Part shown: piece after piece, positions 17,851-26,906 of the stretch
Layout of the letters: each line of letters opens with the position of its first letter
Position numbering within the stretch: the stretch's first letter is position 1
Assembly (NCBI GenBank): GCA_964518565.1
Contig: CAZFGX010000001.1
Span: 360,409-424,408, forward strand
Direction: 5' to 3'
DNA from: an uncultured Gammaproteobacteria bacterium
GTDB lineage: Bacteria > Patescibacteriota > Microgenomatia > CAZETR01 > Amesbacteraceae
DNA length: 64,000 nt
Notes under the pieces: generated by a model
What the model saw: only the letters and a program-made list of their open reading frames with translations
Database searches by the model: none
Told to the model about the DNA's origin: nothing
Made by a program: the position numbers and the translations under genes

Positions 17851-19776
17851 ATGGACAAAAAGTCAATATTTTCTCCTCGACAATGGCTAGTATTTTCTAT
17901 TCTTGTTTGTGCCTGGTTGGCCTCTGTTTGGCTATTTTGGGGTTGGTGGTTGCGACCCGAGCATCGCGGCGACCCTCTTTTATTCTGGTTAGTTAGCTTC
18001 GCCTTCTTCTACGACGGGACTTTTTTGCCGACGATGTTTTTGTATTATCTTGGTCGAGCCAAAAAACCGGTGACCAAAAAAGTTACTGAAAAATTATCTA
18101 CAGCCAAAGTCGCCATGATCTCGCTCACTGTGCCAGGGTCAGAAGCCTTGGAAATAGTCGAACGTCAGCTTGTGGCTATGAAGGCTGTAAAATTTCCCCA
18201 TGACAGCTGGATACTAGTAGACAAAGTTCATTCTCCTGAAATAGCCAAATTGGCCAAAAAACACGGAGTAAAGTATTTCTGTCGTCATGATGCAGATGCT
18301 TGGGGAGCGGATAAAGTGGCCTATTGGAATCAATCGGTTCCTCCTTTCAAAGCTAAAACCAAAGCCGGAAATGTAAATGCCTGGATCGACGCCCACGGAG
18401 CCAAATATGACTATTTTACCCAGCTAGATATTGATCATTTGCCAATCCCTGAATATTTAGACAAAGTATTGGGCTATTTTGCCAAACCAACCATTGCTTG
18501 GGTGCAGGCACCAAGTGTGTATGGCAATTTGGAGTATTGGACTGCTAAAGGTGCCGCCGAACAAGAACTCGTCCTCCAAGGACCATTGCAAATGGGCTTT
18601 TATGGCAGTACCGATACTCCATTTATTATTGGTAGTCACAGTACCTATCGCATGTCCGCAGTCAAAGAAATTGGTGGATTTCAGCCTACTCGTGCCGAAG
18701 ATCATTTAGACACACTTTATCTGGCCACCAAAGGATACACTGGAGTATTTTTGCCTGAAGTTATTGCTACCGGTGACGGGCCAGAAACGTTTGAAATTTA
18801 TCTGTCCCAACAGTTCGCTTGGGCCTATTCGTTGGTTCAAGTACTAATGAGCCATGCACCAAAAGCTCTCTGGCGTCTAAAGCCATCTGTGGCATTACAA
18901 ATGTTGTTTGCCGAGACTTGGTACCCACTGTGGACACTGGCCATGCTTACCTTGTTTATCTCTCCGTCTATTGCCCTGATCACAGGCCGACATATTTCAG
19001 TCGTCAATTTCTGGGACTTCACACTTCGAAGTGCCGGCATGGGGCTAGTTGGTTTTGCTGCCTGGCTGTGGAGCCGTCGCTGGCATCAGCCCAAAGGTTT
19101 GGGTCTATCATGGCGGGGGATTATGCTGCACAGTGCCCGTTGGGTGGTAGTATTTTCAGCTATTATCCAAGCAGTATTCCGAGTAAAAAAGCCGTACATG
19201 ATTACCCAAAAAGGCGGCAACGAAGGCAAGACTGTGAGTATTGGTGCTCTGATGCCGTATATTATTCTATTGTACTCAGTTCTAGGTGTTTGTTTGTGGT
19301 ATATCAGCCGAGTCGGTATTGGGCCTACCCAGGGGTATTTACTCTTTAGCCTAGAGGGTGCATTTTTTATGAGTATTGTCGCCATATTACCTGTAGTTTT
19401 ATTAATTAAAGAACATGGTTGGATCTCTTTCAAAAACCATAAATTAGCCCTAAGTGTCATTGGTATTGCCTTTATCGTATTTATTGTCGATTCGCTCTTT
19501 GCTTATCCATTAGTCACCAAGGCCATCTGGAACGAATCAGAACAACCAATGCTTATGCCAGTAGCTAATACTATCATTACGCCAACAGTAACCCCTTCAC
19601 CAACTCCAGTTCCATCTATCAGCACATCAAATATTCACATCGTTCAAAACGGTGAATCCCTCTGGTCTATCGCCCAAAAATATTATGGCGACGGGTCAAA
19701 GTGGCCCCACCTCTCTCGATCGTTTAACTCAACTACGATTCACCCCGGCGACCGAATCGAATATAATCTCCCTTAA
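17851..19776 (+). CDS. GT2-family processive glycosyltransferase (cellulose/chitin synthase-like) with C-terminal LysM domain
   Basis: multi-TM; catalytic-core motifs (QLDIDH, RAEDH, SQQFAWAYS); Pro/Thr linker then LysM (IHIVQNGESLWSIAQKYYGDGSKWPHL...IHPGDRIEYNLP). Confidence 0.75.
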   Translation: MDKKSIFSPRQWLVFSILVCAWLASVWLFWGWWLRPEHRGDPLLFWLVSFAFFYDGTFLPTMFLYYLGRAKKPVTKKVTEKLSTAKVAMISLTVPGSEALEIVERQLVAMKAVKFPHDSWILVDKVHSPEIAKLAKKHGVKYFCRHDADAWGADKVAYWNQSVPPFKAKTKAGNVNAWIDAHGAKYDYFTQLDIDHLPIPEYLDKVLGYFAKPTIAWVQAPSVYGNLEYWTAKGAAEQELVLQGPLQMGFYGSTDTPFIIGSHSTYRMSAVKEIGGFQPTRAEDHLDTLYLATKGYTGVFLPEVIATGDGPETFEIYLSQQFAWAYSLVQVLMSHAPKALWRLKPSVALQMLFAETWYPLWTLAMLTLFISPSIALITGRHISVVNFWDFTLRSAGMGLVGFAAWLWSRRWHQPKGLGLSWRGIMLHSARWVVVFSAIIQAVFRVKKPYMITQKGGNEGKTVSIGALMPYIILLYSVLGVCLWYISRVGIGPTQGYLLFSLEGAFFMSIVAILPVVLLIKEHGWISFKNHKLALSVIGIAFIVFIVDSLFAYPLVTKAIWNESEQPMLMPVANTIITPTVTPSPTPVPSISTSNIHIVQNGESLWSIAQKYYGDGSKWPHLSRSFNSTTIHPGDRIEYNLP

Positions 19777-19843
19777 TCCGCAGTTCTCAATCGCTGAGAA
19801 CAGTTGGATCATATTTGGGTTCTTTCAAAAATTGGAGGTTGTC

Positions 19844-20356
19844 ATGCAGATGCAGCTTACTCCCGCTGATATCGATTCTTTGCATATTGGTCAAAAAGTA
19901 ACGTACAAGACTGGAGGTGATCAAAACTGTGTTCATGCTATCGGTGTAGTCGCAGATAAGCCAAAAGGCACCGTAGTCAAAATTCGCTTGCAAAAAATCA
20001 TCTTTCTCGGCAGGCTGGCTCGGGTTCGTAAAGGACAAAAAATTACCGCCTACCGCGATCAGTTGTTTACCTACCTCATTCCTGGCCTCGAAATTGTTAC
20101 GCGTTTTGGTGTGACCAACGACGCATTCAATCCTAGTCTGCCATATCTATTAGAAGTCGAAACTGGCCCCGTTTCCCGTAGGCAGCTAGCTTTTCACTTT
20201 ATGAACGAGTTAGAGACTGACCTTACTGTCGCCAGAGCCAATTCATTGACCGCGATCAACGAGTTTATCGCCCAAGAGGGGTTTCAGTCACATCCTGGTC
20301 TCATCAGCCTCACAATTACCGGCCCTAAAGGCAAAATAGTCAAAAAAACGAAATAA
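19844..20356 (+). CDS. hypothetical protein (170 aa)
   Basis: ATG with GGAGG RBS 5 nt upstream; larger upstream ORF extension overlaps GT2 gene and is rejected. Confidence 0.5.
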   Translation: MQMQLTPADIDSLHIGQKVTYKTGGDQNCVHAIGVVADKPKGTVVKIRLQKIIFLGRLARVRKGQKITAYRDQLFTYLIPGLEIVTRFGVTNDAFNPSLPYLLEVETGPVSRRQLAFHFMNELETDLTVARANSLTAINEFIAQEGFQSHPGLISLTITGPKGKIVKKTK

Positions 20357-20373
20357 AACTAATGTCTTCTCCT

Positions 20374-20411
20374 GGCGCGGCGGCGGATCAGTCCACCCCG
20401 CGCCATTTTTT
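20374..20411 (+). terminator. putative rho-independent terminator
   Basis: GGCGCGG...CCGCGCC stem with long loop, then ATTTTTTAT. Confidence 0.45.
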
Positions 20412-20431
20412 ATATCAAATAACCTATAGTA

Positions 20432-20460
20432 TTGATTTTTAGGCTCAAATCGTGTAAAAT
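20432..20460 (+). promoter_or_regulatory. sigma70-like promoter TTGATT-17-TAAAAT preceded by ACCTATAGTA motif
   Basis: same architecture as promoters at 24955 and 26010. Confidence 0.55.
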
Positions 20461-20547
20461 GCAACTATTAGAAAACGTTTGGCAACACGCCGGATAGACT
20501 TCTAAAAATCTCGTTCTTTGATATTTCTGCAAATAAAAGGAGTTTGT

Positions 20548-21471
20548 ATGAATAGCATTGCCATATTAAAGGCTCGGGTTTCTGTGCTTACAGAACAAAT
20601 AAAACCAGCAGTCCGCGATCACAGGTTCTATCTAATACTACTAGGCACATTCACCCTAGTTTTACTGATTCGACAGTTCACAAACAGTATCCCGTTTAGT
20701 ATGTTCAACTTTTTTTTCATTCGCTGGGAATGGGGAGAGTTTCTAAATATTCCTTGGTTCCTACTTCTAGTAGGACCAATTCGAAACTTGATTGATTGCA
20801 TTCGCACCAGAAACACCAAACGCGAAAATATGCTCATCTTATCGAATTTTGAAAGCAACATTGTAACGTCATTCTTGGCTGGAATTTTCGAAGAAATATC
20901 GTATCGTTGGCTCGGTTTTTACTTCGCGATCTCCACATTCTATCTGAGTGAACTATTTACTGGTACGCGATTGGGGATGTGGATTTATTCACATCTCGTG
21001 GTGTCAATTGGAATAACCCTTGTCTTACTAGGTATTGGGGCGGTATCTTACATAAACGGAATCGAATCTTTTCCAAGTATGGCCGTTGCTGCAGTATGTT
21101 TGGTTCTTTTTGTATTGTGCGCGATCATGGTCGGTCTCGCAGCTTCGAAACAACTCTATACTTCAATCATCATTCCTATCGTCGATTGGGTAACTCAATA
21201 TAAGTTAAGCACTCAATTGCACGAATATGGTTGGATTGTGGGCGCAGCAGTTATTAGTGTAAATGGCAGATTTAGTAGTGGCCATGGATATCAAGGGTTT
21301 TTCGGCTTAGTCAACTCTTGGATCGGTGGAATTCTGTTGTTTTGGTTTATGTTCAATTTTGGCTTACCTGTCGCGATTGGTATACACGTGCTATATGACG
21401 TGGTTATCAATTCTATTGTTGGAGCAGACTCTTTTATTGAAATGAGCACAGCTACATATAAACGTAGCTAA
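20548..21471 (+). CDS. CPBP-family (CAAX protease/Abi-like) intramembrane metalloprotease
   Basis: multi-TM; EExxxR motif (FEEISYRWLGF) and C-terminal HxxxD (HVLYD); AAGGAG RBS 7 nt upstream. Confidence 0.55.
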   Translation: MNSIAILKARVSVLTEQIKPAVRDHRFYLILLGTFTLVLLIRQFTNSIPFSMFNFFFIRWEWGEFLNIPWFLLLVGPIRNLIDCIRTRNTKRENMLILSNFESNIVTSFLAGIFEEISYRWLGFYFAISTFYLSELFTGTRLGMWIYSHLVVSIGITLVLLGIGAVSYINGIESFPSMAVAAVCLVLFVLCAIMVGLAASKQLYTSIIIPIVDWVTQYKLSTQLHEYGWIVGAAVISVNGRFSSGHGYQGFFGLVNSWIGGILLFWFMFNFGLPVAIGIHVLYDVVINSIVGADSFIEMSTATYKRS

Positions 21472-21490
21472 GGTTGCAGAAATAGTCACC

Positions 21491-21517
21491 GCCCGCTTAC
21501 CAAAGCGGGCTTTTTTT
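21491..21517 (+). terminator. rho-independent terminator (GCCCGCTT/AAGCGGGC stem + T7)
   Basis: perfect 8-bp stem, 4-nt loop, TTTTTTT; between convergent CPBP and response-regulator genes. Confidence 0.7.
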
Positions 21518-21893
21518 ATCCCTGTTGCGAAAGAAATGAATTCAATTCCGACAAAATATTTTGTGGCTTTACCTGGGCTTTTATCAAATACCCTTGAGCA
21601 CCTAGATCAAATGTCTGGCCAATAATATCTTCTTGGCCCAGATTAGTTAGCATAAACACTGGGGTAGCTTTAGAAGGGGAGCCGTCTTTACGAATATCTT
21701 TCAAAATAGAAATCCCGTCTTTTCCTGGCAACATGATATCCAGTAGTACTAGGTCATATGCTTTAGCATTCACTTTTTCCAATCCATCATTTCCGTTCAA
21801 AGCAATATCCACTTCATATCCACCATCCGTCAATATTTTTTTATAAATATCAACGATATAGGCATCATCTTCAATCAGTAAAATCTTTTTCAT
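21516..21893 (-). CDS. single-domain response regulator (CheY-like receiver only)
   Basis: 125 aa; LLIEDD...DLVLLDIMLPGKDG...K receiver motifs; no output domain. Confidence 0.85.
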   Translation of the reverse strand: MKKILLIEDDAYIVDIYKKILTDGGYEVDIALNGNDGLEKVNAKAYDLVLLDIMLPGKDGISILKDIRKDGSPSKATPVFMLTNLGQEDIIGQTFDLGAQGYLIKAQVKPQNILSELNSFLSQQG

Positions 21894-24220
21894 ACAGAAT
21901 AGATATTAGGATTCAATATAACGCCATGCGGCTTTGATTGCAAATGGCTCCTATCTGCCACTTTTGCCTTTTCTAGCTCCATTGCACTTGGCATGGGTAG
22001 GTCAAAGAAAAAAGTCGACCCTTGACCAACAATACTTTTTACCCCTATTTTTCCCTTGTGCATATCAATTATGGATTTAGAAATAAATAGACCTAGTCCC
22101 GTACCCTTGGATCCCATTTCCAGCGTCCCATGTACTCGATAAAACTTGGTAAACAAGTGAGAAATAGCCTCTTGAGGTATGCCGTGTCCCGTATCACTAA
22201 TTTCTACTCGTAAATATGGCAATTCCTCAAAAATTTGCGTACCCAATTTTATAGTGACCGTGCCTTCAGGTGATGTATAGCGAATCGCATTGGTTAACAA
22301 ATTGGTTACCACTTCCCGAATTCGCATAGGGTCCACAATCAGTTCAGAATGCGCCATATCAAACCCTTCTGTCTGGACATGCAAATGTTTCATTTCAAAC
22401 TGGTCTGCTAGCATTTCTAAGACGTCTCGCAAAATTTGCTTCATATCCACAACTGTGGTTTCCATAGACATTTTGCCATTTTCGATTCGTGATGTATTCA
22501 ATAAATTGTCAATCAGCCCAGACAAATTTTCTGCACTCGATCCTAGCCGTTTTATTATTTCGGAATCCTCACTACTCCATTGTTTTTGTTTCAATATTTC
22601 TGTATACCCACGAATAGCCGTCAACGGAGTACGCAGCTCATGAGCTGCCATAGATACAAAGTCTAGTTTCATTTCTTCGAGTTGGCGTTCTTTGGAGACA
22701 TCATGAATTGTCAAAATACAGCCAATCCCGACGCTTCGTCCCTCACGAATTTGTCCGGATACTACATTTACAAATTTTTCTCCAGTCAACCGAGCAGTTT
22801 TAAGTAAGAGGTTTTTTTGACTCCACAATATGCCCGTTGCCTCCTCCAGATCTACTGGGCTATAAATCGCCGTTGGCACCTCAATATCCTGGTTAAATAG
22901 CTGCATTACACCATCAATAGGCTTGCCCAATACTTCAGCTTGGCTAAATCCTGTAATATCGCTAGCAATAGCATTAAACAGCACGATATTTCGTTTGATA
23001 TCGATCGCAATCACTGCATCCGAAATACCTGAAATCACAGTAGCCAATTTATTTCGTTCAGCTGAAATAATTTCTCGATCGTTTTTTATGCGCGACGCCA
23101 TAGTATTAAAAGAGTGAGCTAGAGTTTCTAGTTCGTCACGAGAGTTTATATTTACTCGGTAGTCAAAATTGCCCATACCCAGTGCATTGGCTGCATTTAC
23201 CAATAAGGCGATTGGATCAGTAAATTTTCGAGTAATAAAGTAGCTCAGCGGTCCACCGAGACATACTCCACCAATCAGTAGCAATACAGCAAAGGTGGAT
23301 ATACGTACCACATCTGCCATAGCCACATCGTATGGCTGTTGAATAATAATTGCCCAGAGCGTTTTTGGAATACTGACGAATGTTCCATATACATCTTGCT
23401 TGTCTTCATTGATATATCGAACAATATTTGCGGTTTCGTGAGTCGAATCCTCTTTTTGCACTGAATTTATATACTGCTGGACAGGTAAAAAGTGACTAAA
23501 GTCAGCCCCATTTACCAGAAAATCTTTATTGCGATGTGCCACCACTTGACCATTACGATCTACGATATATACAAACCCAGATTGATCCGATCCTAGTGTA
23601 GTTAGTTCGCCAAACAAGTTGCTCAGATTTACGGTTACTTCTAAAACACCCAAAATATCTCCCGGACTGCGAATCACTCCTACACCTGCGGTTGTTAAAT
23701 CTGTCAGTCGCTGTCGGTATTCTGGAATAGTGATTGGAATAGCAATAACCACTGTCGGTTTGTCATCTACAAACGACACATCGGAAATAGACTCCTTGCC
23801 ATAGCGAAATGTCGTCGTCAAAAAAGACTGGCTTTTACTTTTATCTTGTAGCAGCTGGGTGGGTATTTCACCTTGTTGAGTAATCGCCAGTTCCTCATGA
23901 CCTGTCATATCTATCACTGAAATTTTTTCTATATCCTGATCTTGAGCCAAGAGTGTAAATAGTTCAGTTCGTTGAAGTGGCTTATTTTGGGACAAAAAAG
24001 CGGCTGATTGCGAATGGATAATCAGTGCTTGAATCTTGGCAGTAATATAGTCTTCTACTTTTTCTGATGCTCGAAATCCGATCTGTTGTTGCGCGTCTTG
24101 AAGTCTGGAGTGGAGGATTGGCTCGACTGTTTTGATCCAAAGTATGTCGATCGCTAGCAAAATAAACCCCATCAGACTGGCTGTGGTTAAGAGTACTTTT
24201 GCTCGCAGGGACAGATGCAT
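21890..24220 (-). CDS. sensor histidine kinase (2 TM, extracytoplasmic sensor, HAMP, PAS, HisKA, HATPase_c)
   Basis: H-box MAAHELRTPLTAIRGY; G-boxes DTGHGIP and GTGLGL; PAS-like segment; overlaps RR gene by 4 nt. Confidence 0.9.
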   Translation of the reverse strand: MHLSLRAKVLLTTASLMGFILLAIDILWIKTVEPILHSRLQDAQQQIGFRASEKVEDYITAKIQALIIHSQSAAFLSQNKPLQRTELFTLLAQDQDIEKISVIDMTGHEELAITQQGEIPTQLLQDKSKSQSFLTTTFRYGKESISDVSFVDDKPTVVIAIPITIPEYRQRLTDLTTAGVGVIRSPGDILGVLEVTVNLSNLFGELTTLGSDQSGFVYIVDRNGQVVAHRNKDFLVNGADFSHFLPVQQYINSVQKEDSTHETANIVRYINEDKQDVYGTFVSIPKTLWAIIIQQPYDVAMADVVRISTFAVLLLIGGVCLGGPLSYFITRKFTDPIALLVNAANALGMGNFDYRVNINSRDELETLAHSFNTMASRIKNDREIISAERNKLATVISGISDAVIAIDIKRNIVLFNAIASDITGFSQAEVLGKPIDGVMQLFNQDIEVPTAIYSPVDLEEATGILWSQKNLLLKTARLTGEKFVNVVSGQIREGRSVGIGCILTIHDVSKERQLEEMKLDFVSMAAHELRTPLTAIRGYTEILKQKQWSSEDSEIIKRLGSSAENLSGLIDNLLNTSRIENGKMSMETTVVDMKQILRDVLEMLADQFEMKHLHVQTEGFDMAHSELIVDPMRIREVVTNLLTNAIRYTSPEGTVTIKLGTQIFEELPYLRVEISDTGHGIPQEAISHLFTKFYRVHGTLEMGSKGTGLGLFISKSIIDMHKGKIGVKSIVGQGSTFFFDLPMPSAMELEKAKVADRSHLQSKPHGVILNPNIYSV

Positions 24221-24281
24221 AGATTCCTAGTTGACGAACTGTTTAATAAATGGTTACCATTAAGTATAGAGACTGTCTCGT

Positions 24282-24935
24282 ATGCCAAGCAATAACGGAA
24301 ATAACGAAACAATTCCCCAAGCCCCAAAAACTTCTCATGTTGCAGTATATATTCTGGTTTTCTTGTTAGTTTTCTTTGTCGGTGTATCAGGATATCTGCT
24401 CTACAATACCTATACTTCACCCAAATCTGACACCAAGTCGATGACTAAGGCAGCCAGTACCCCTCAATTGTCTATACCCAAAGATGCAGTAAAAATTTCC
24501 GGCTGTATTTCCCATGAGGGTGAGCATTGGGTTCAACCCCAAAATCTTCCCAATGGACCATTTTACGTTGCCTACAACAACAAAGTATTGGCTTTTGAGT
24601 ACATGCTTTCAGCAGACCAAATTCCAGGCAACGACATTGCCCACATGACTCCAGAGCAGTCGATGAAATACCTCCAAGACAACAAAATGTCTCTCTCAGA
24701 TTTTGTCCACCAACTAGACAAGACCTATGAATTACCCGCTAGCAGTCTCAAAGACTTTAGTATCCACTGGACACCTCCCCATGCCGGCTTTGTCGTTCCA
24801 CATTACGATATCCATTTTTACTTGGTGGACAAGTCAGAACGTGACCAAGTCTGTCCAGCAGCCACCTTTGACCAAATTCTCCCAGCCGACATGGTCCAAG
24901 ATCTGAAGCAACGTGGTATCGCTGTCCCGCAATAA
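24282..24935 (+). CDS. membrane-anchored hypothetical protein (217 aa)
   Basis: single N-terminal TM then polar domain; divergent from HK gene. Confidence 0.5.
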   Translation: MPSNNGNNETIPQAPKTSHVAVYILVFLLVFFVGVSGYLLYNTYTSPKSDTKSMTKAASTPQLSIPKDAVKISGCISHEGEHWVQPQNLPNGPFYVAYNNKVLAFEYMLSADQIPGNDIAHMTPEQSMKYLQDNKMSLSDFVHQLDKTYELPASSLKDFSIHWTPPHAGFVVPHYDIHFYLVDKSERDQVCPAATFDQILPADMVQDLKQRGIAVPQ

Positions 24936-24954
24936 CCTTCTGTATCCTATAGTA

Positions 24955-24983
24955 TTGACTTTTTAGCTTCAAAATGGTATTAT
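24955..24983 (+). promoter_or_regulatory. sigma70-like promoter TTGACT-17-TATTAT preceded by ATCCTATAGTA motif
   Basis: consensus -35, 17-nt spacer containing TAGCTTCAA, -10 TATTAT; roughly 100-nt leader to ATG 25086. Confidence 0.6.
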
Positions 24984-25060
24984 AAAGGCTATATAAGCCT
25001 ATCAAACAGCCTCAATCTCGTGGCTACTTTGGAGGATTATTTATCTAGTTTAGTACCTTA

Positions 25061-25073
25061 AAATTGCGGATTT
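25061..25073 (+). repeat. leader motif AAATTGCGGATTT (inverted partner of the post-stop AATCCGCAATT motifs)
   Basis: immediately 5' of RBS AGGAGA of gene 25086; reverse complement of motif at 27289. Confidence 0.5.
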
Positions 25074-25085
25074 AGGAGAAAAAGT

Positions 25086-25358
25086 ATGTTATCCATACTA
25101 GTGACGTTTGTTGTAGGTCTTGCGTTAGCTTGGTTTGGTGAAGGTCGAATCATCGACATTCGTACAAATGAAGCCTACGCCGAAATATCTGATCAACCTC
25201 ACAGCGATTTCCAAAAAAACGAATCAGAACGTTTTGTTACAGTTTTTGCCCTAATTATGGGGCTGGGAATCATTCTGATTGTCATAAGTATTGTTGGCCT
25301 TGTTCTGTTTCTTTTCGCCCAAACTTGGGTGATAGATATAAACATTCATTTTCGATAA
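25086..25358 (+). CDS. small membrane protein (90 aa, 2 TM)
   Basis: ORF with AGGAGA RBS. Confidence 0.5.
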   Translation: MLSILVTFVVGLALAWFGEGRIIDIRTNEAYAEISDQPHSDFQKNESERFVTVFALIMGLGIILIVISIVGLVLFLFAQTWVIDINIHFR

Positions 25359-25376
25359 ATAAGGAGAAAAACAGAT

Positions 25377-25622
25377 ATGCAACCTATCCAAAGTTTTATG
25401 CCACTCGTAGGTGTCGTTCTTCTGGTCATTGGCTTTTTTGTTTTTGGTGCGTGCCGTATGTATATACGGGTCGCAAGCCGGTCAATCGTCCAGTTCGCCG
25501 AAAGTCAGGAGGGCACAAAGCCCGGGGCTATGGGACGAGCACTCACCGCGCTACTCCAAGGCGTAAGTATTGCGGCAATCGGTGCCGGAATCATCGCGTT
25601 GGGTCTCGCAGCGATTCAATAA
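25377..25622 (+). CDS. small membrane protein (81 aa, 2 TM)
   Basis: ORF with RBS aggagaaaa. Confidence 0.5.
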   Translation: MQPIQSFMPLVGVVLLVIGFFVFGACRMYIRVASRSIVQFAESQEGTKPGAMGRALTALLQGVSIAAIGAGIIALGLAAIQ

Positions 25623-25657
25623 CTCAATCATTTTTTCAAATTCATAAGGACAAATGA

Positions 25658-25924
25658 ATGATAAACCAAACAATTAGTTTTGTGCTGCACTATCCCTTTC
25701 ATCTCATTGTTGGTGGAGTGATTGCAGCCGTAGTCTTCGGTGTCATTTCTCTGGTCGTTGCAGCTATCGGCAAAGAAAAGTCTAGTTTCACTGTCGGTGG
25801 CGCATATGTGTTCTATGGCTTGATGTATTTGAGTGGAGGAGTGGTGGCAATCACTATCTTCATAAACATATCGTTTGCAGTCATCGTATTTCTATCGAGC
25901 GTCATTTACGCATTGCAAACATAA
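25658..25924 (+). CDS. small membrane protein (88 aa, 2-3 TM)
   Basis: ORF with RBS aaggac. Confidence 0.5.
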   Translation: MINQTISFVLHYPFHLIVGGVIAAVVFGVISLVVAAIGKEKSSFTVGGAYVFYGLMYLSGGVVAITIFINISFAVIVFLSSVIYALQT

Positions 25925-25956
25925 CAATCCCGTTTTTAATCCGCAGTTTTCGCTTT

Positions 25957-25991
25957 GGCGCTTGGGGTTTTACCCTAGGCGCCATTTTTTT
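25957..25991 (+). terminator. rho-independent terminator
   Basis: GGCGCTTGGGG...CCCTAGGCGCC stem then ATTTTTTT; preceded by TAATCCGCAGTTTT motif (25938-25951). Confidence 0.6.
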
Positions 25992-26009
25992 GCTATATAA
26001 CCTATAGTT

Positions 26010-26038
26010 TTGATTTTTTAGCCTCAATAGCGTATAAT
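26010..26038 (+). promoter_or_regulatory. sigma70-like promoter TTGATT-17-TATAAT preceded by ACCTATAGTT motif
   Basis: near-duplicate of promoter at 24955 including spacer TAGCCTCAA. Confidence 0.6.
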
Positions 26039-26104
26039 TGAATCCATATAAACCTATCAAACAGCCTCAAACACTGAAGCTAGGCGATAGAGTTTAGAAC
26101 CTTA

Positions 26105-26119
26105 AAAATTTGCGGATTT
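26105..26119 (+). repeat. leader motif AAAATTTGCGGATTT
   Basis: second copy of the leader motif, 20 nt upstream of ATG 26139. Confidence 0.5.
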
Positions 26120-26138
26120 TTAAATTCAAATAGGAGAA

Positions 26139-26903
26139 ATGTATATGATACTCGCAAGTCTTTTGTTCCTTATTTTAGCCACGTTGAATATAGCGATCTA
26201 TCGACAGTACAAAAATGTATTGCCCCAAGCCAGCAAGATTGGACTACTGATCTTGTCGGTAATGTACGCCATCCTTTCTGGTGCTTACATTTTTACGATC
26301 TTTGACACAAATTTTTCAGTCAGCGTTCTAAAACTGTATGGCGTGATACTTATGTCTGTATCCTACATGGAAATAGTTGTTATAAAAGGACTGGAGTCAG
26401 ACTTCCCAGAGAGTAATCCCAAGATTGGTCAAATACCAATTCTTTATCTCTGTTTAGTCTTGCTTGCAGCAGGTTTTGGGTTGTTTGTTATTGGAAGTTT
26501 TGAAACAGAGGACTCTGCCTTTCAAGTAAATATCCTCATGTCGACGCATGTGTTGGCCTTTCTTATCTTATCTAGTTTTTGTCTTTATATCGAAAGAAAA
26601 TATCGACATCTAGTTCACGATAGAGTGGACTGGAGTCTCGTCTCACTGGCCATTTTGTGCAGTCTACTTTCAAGCATATCTTTATGTACAATGTCTCTGT
26701 CAGTGGTTGATATTCTTTGGATTCATATTGGTGGATATTTGATTGCCTTGTTTGCCGCAATTGTGGCAATCATGCAGTTTGTTCTCCTCCAGGTCGAATA
26801 TCCTTCAATCAAATCAGTTGCACAATATATGGTCTTAGGGTGTTCAATCTCTCTTATCATTCTCGGCGCGATTCTCACGAGGGTTGTAATGCCTCAGGGG
26901 TAA
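26139..26903 (+). CDS. polytopic membrane protein (254 aa, about 8 TM)
   Basis: hydrophobic ORF with RBS TAGGAGAAA. Confidence 0.55.
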   Translation: MYMILASLLFLILATLNIAIYRQYKNVLPQASKIGLLILSVMYAILSGAYIFTIFDTNFSVSVLKLYGVILMSVSYMEIVVIKGLESDFPESNPKIGQIPILYLCLVLLAAGFGLFVIGSFETEDSAFQVNILMSTHVLAFLILSSFCLYIERKYRHLVHDRVDWSLVSLAILCSLLSSISLCTMSLSVVDILWIHIGGYLIALFAAIVAIMQFVLLQVEYPSIKSVAQYMVLGCSISLIILGAILTRVVMPQG

Positions 26904-26906
26904 GAA

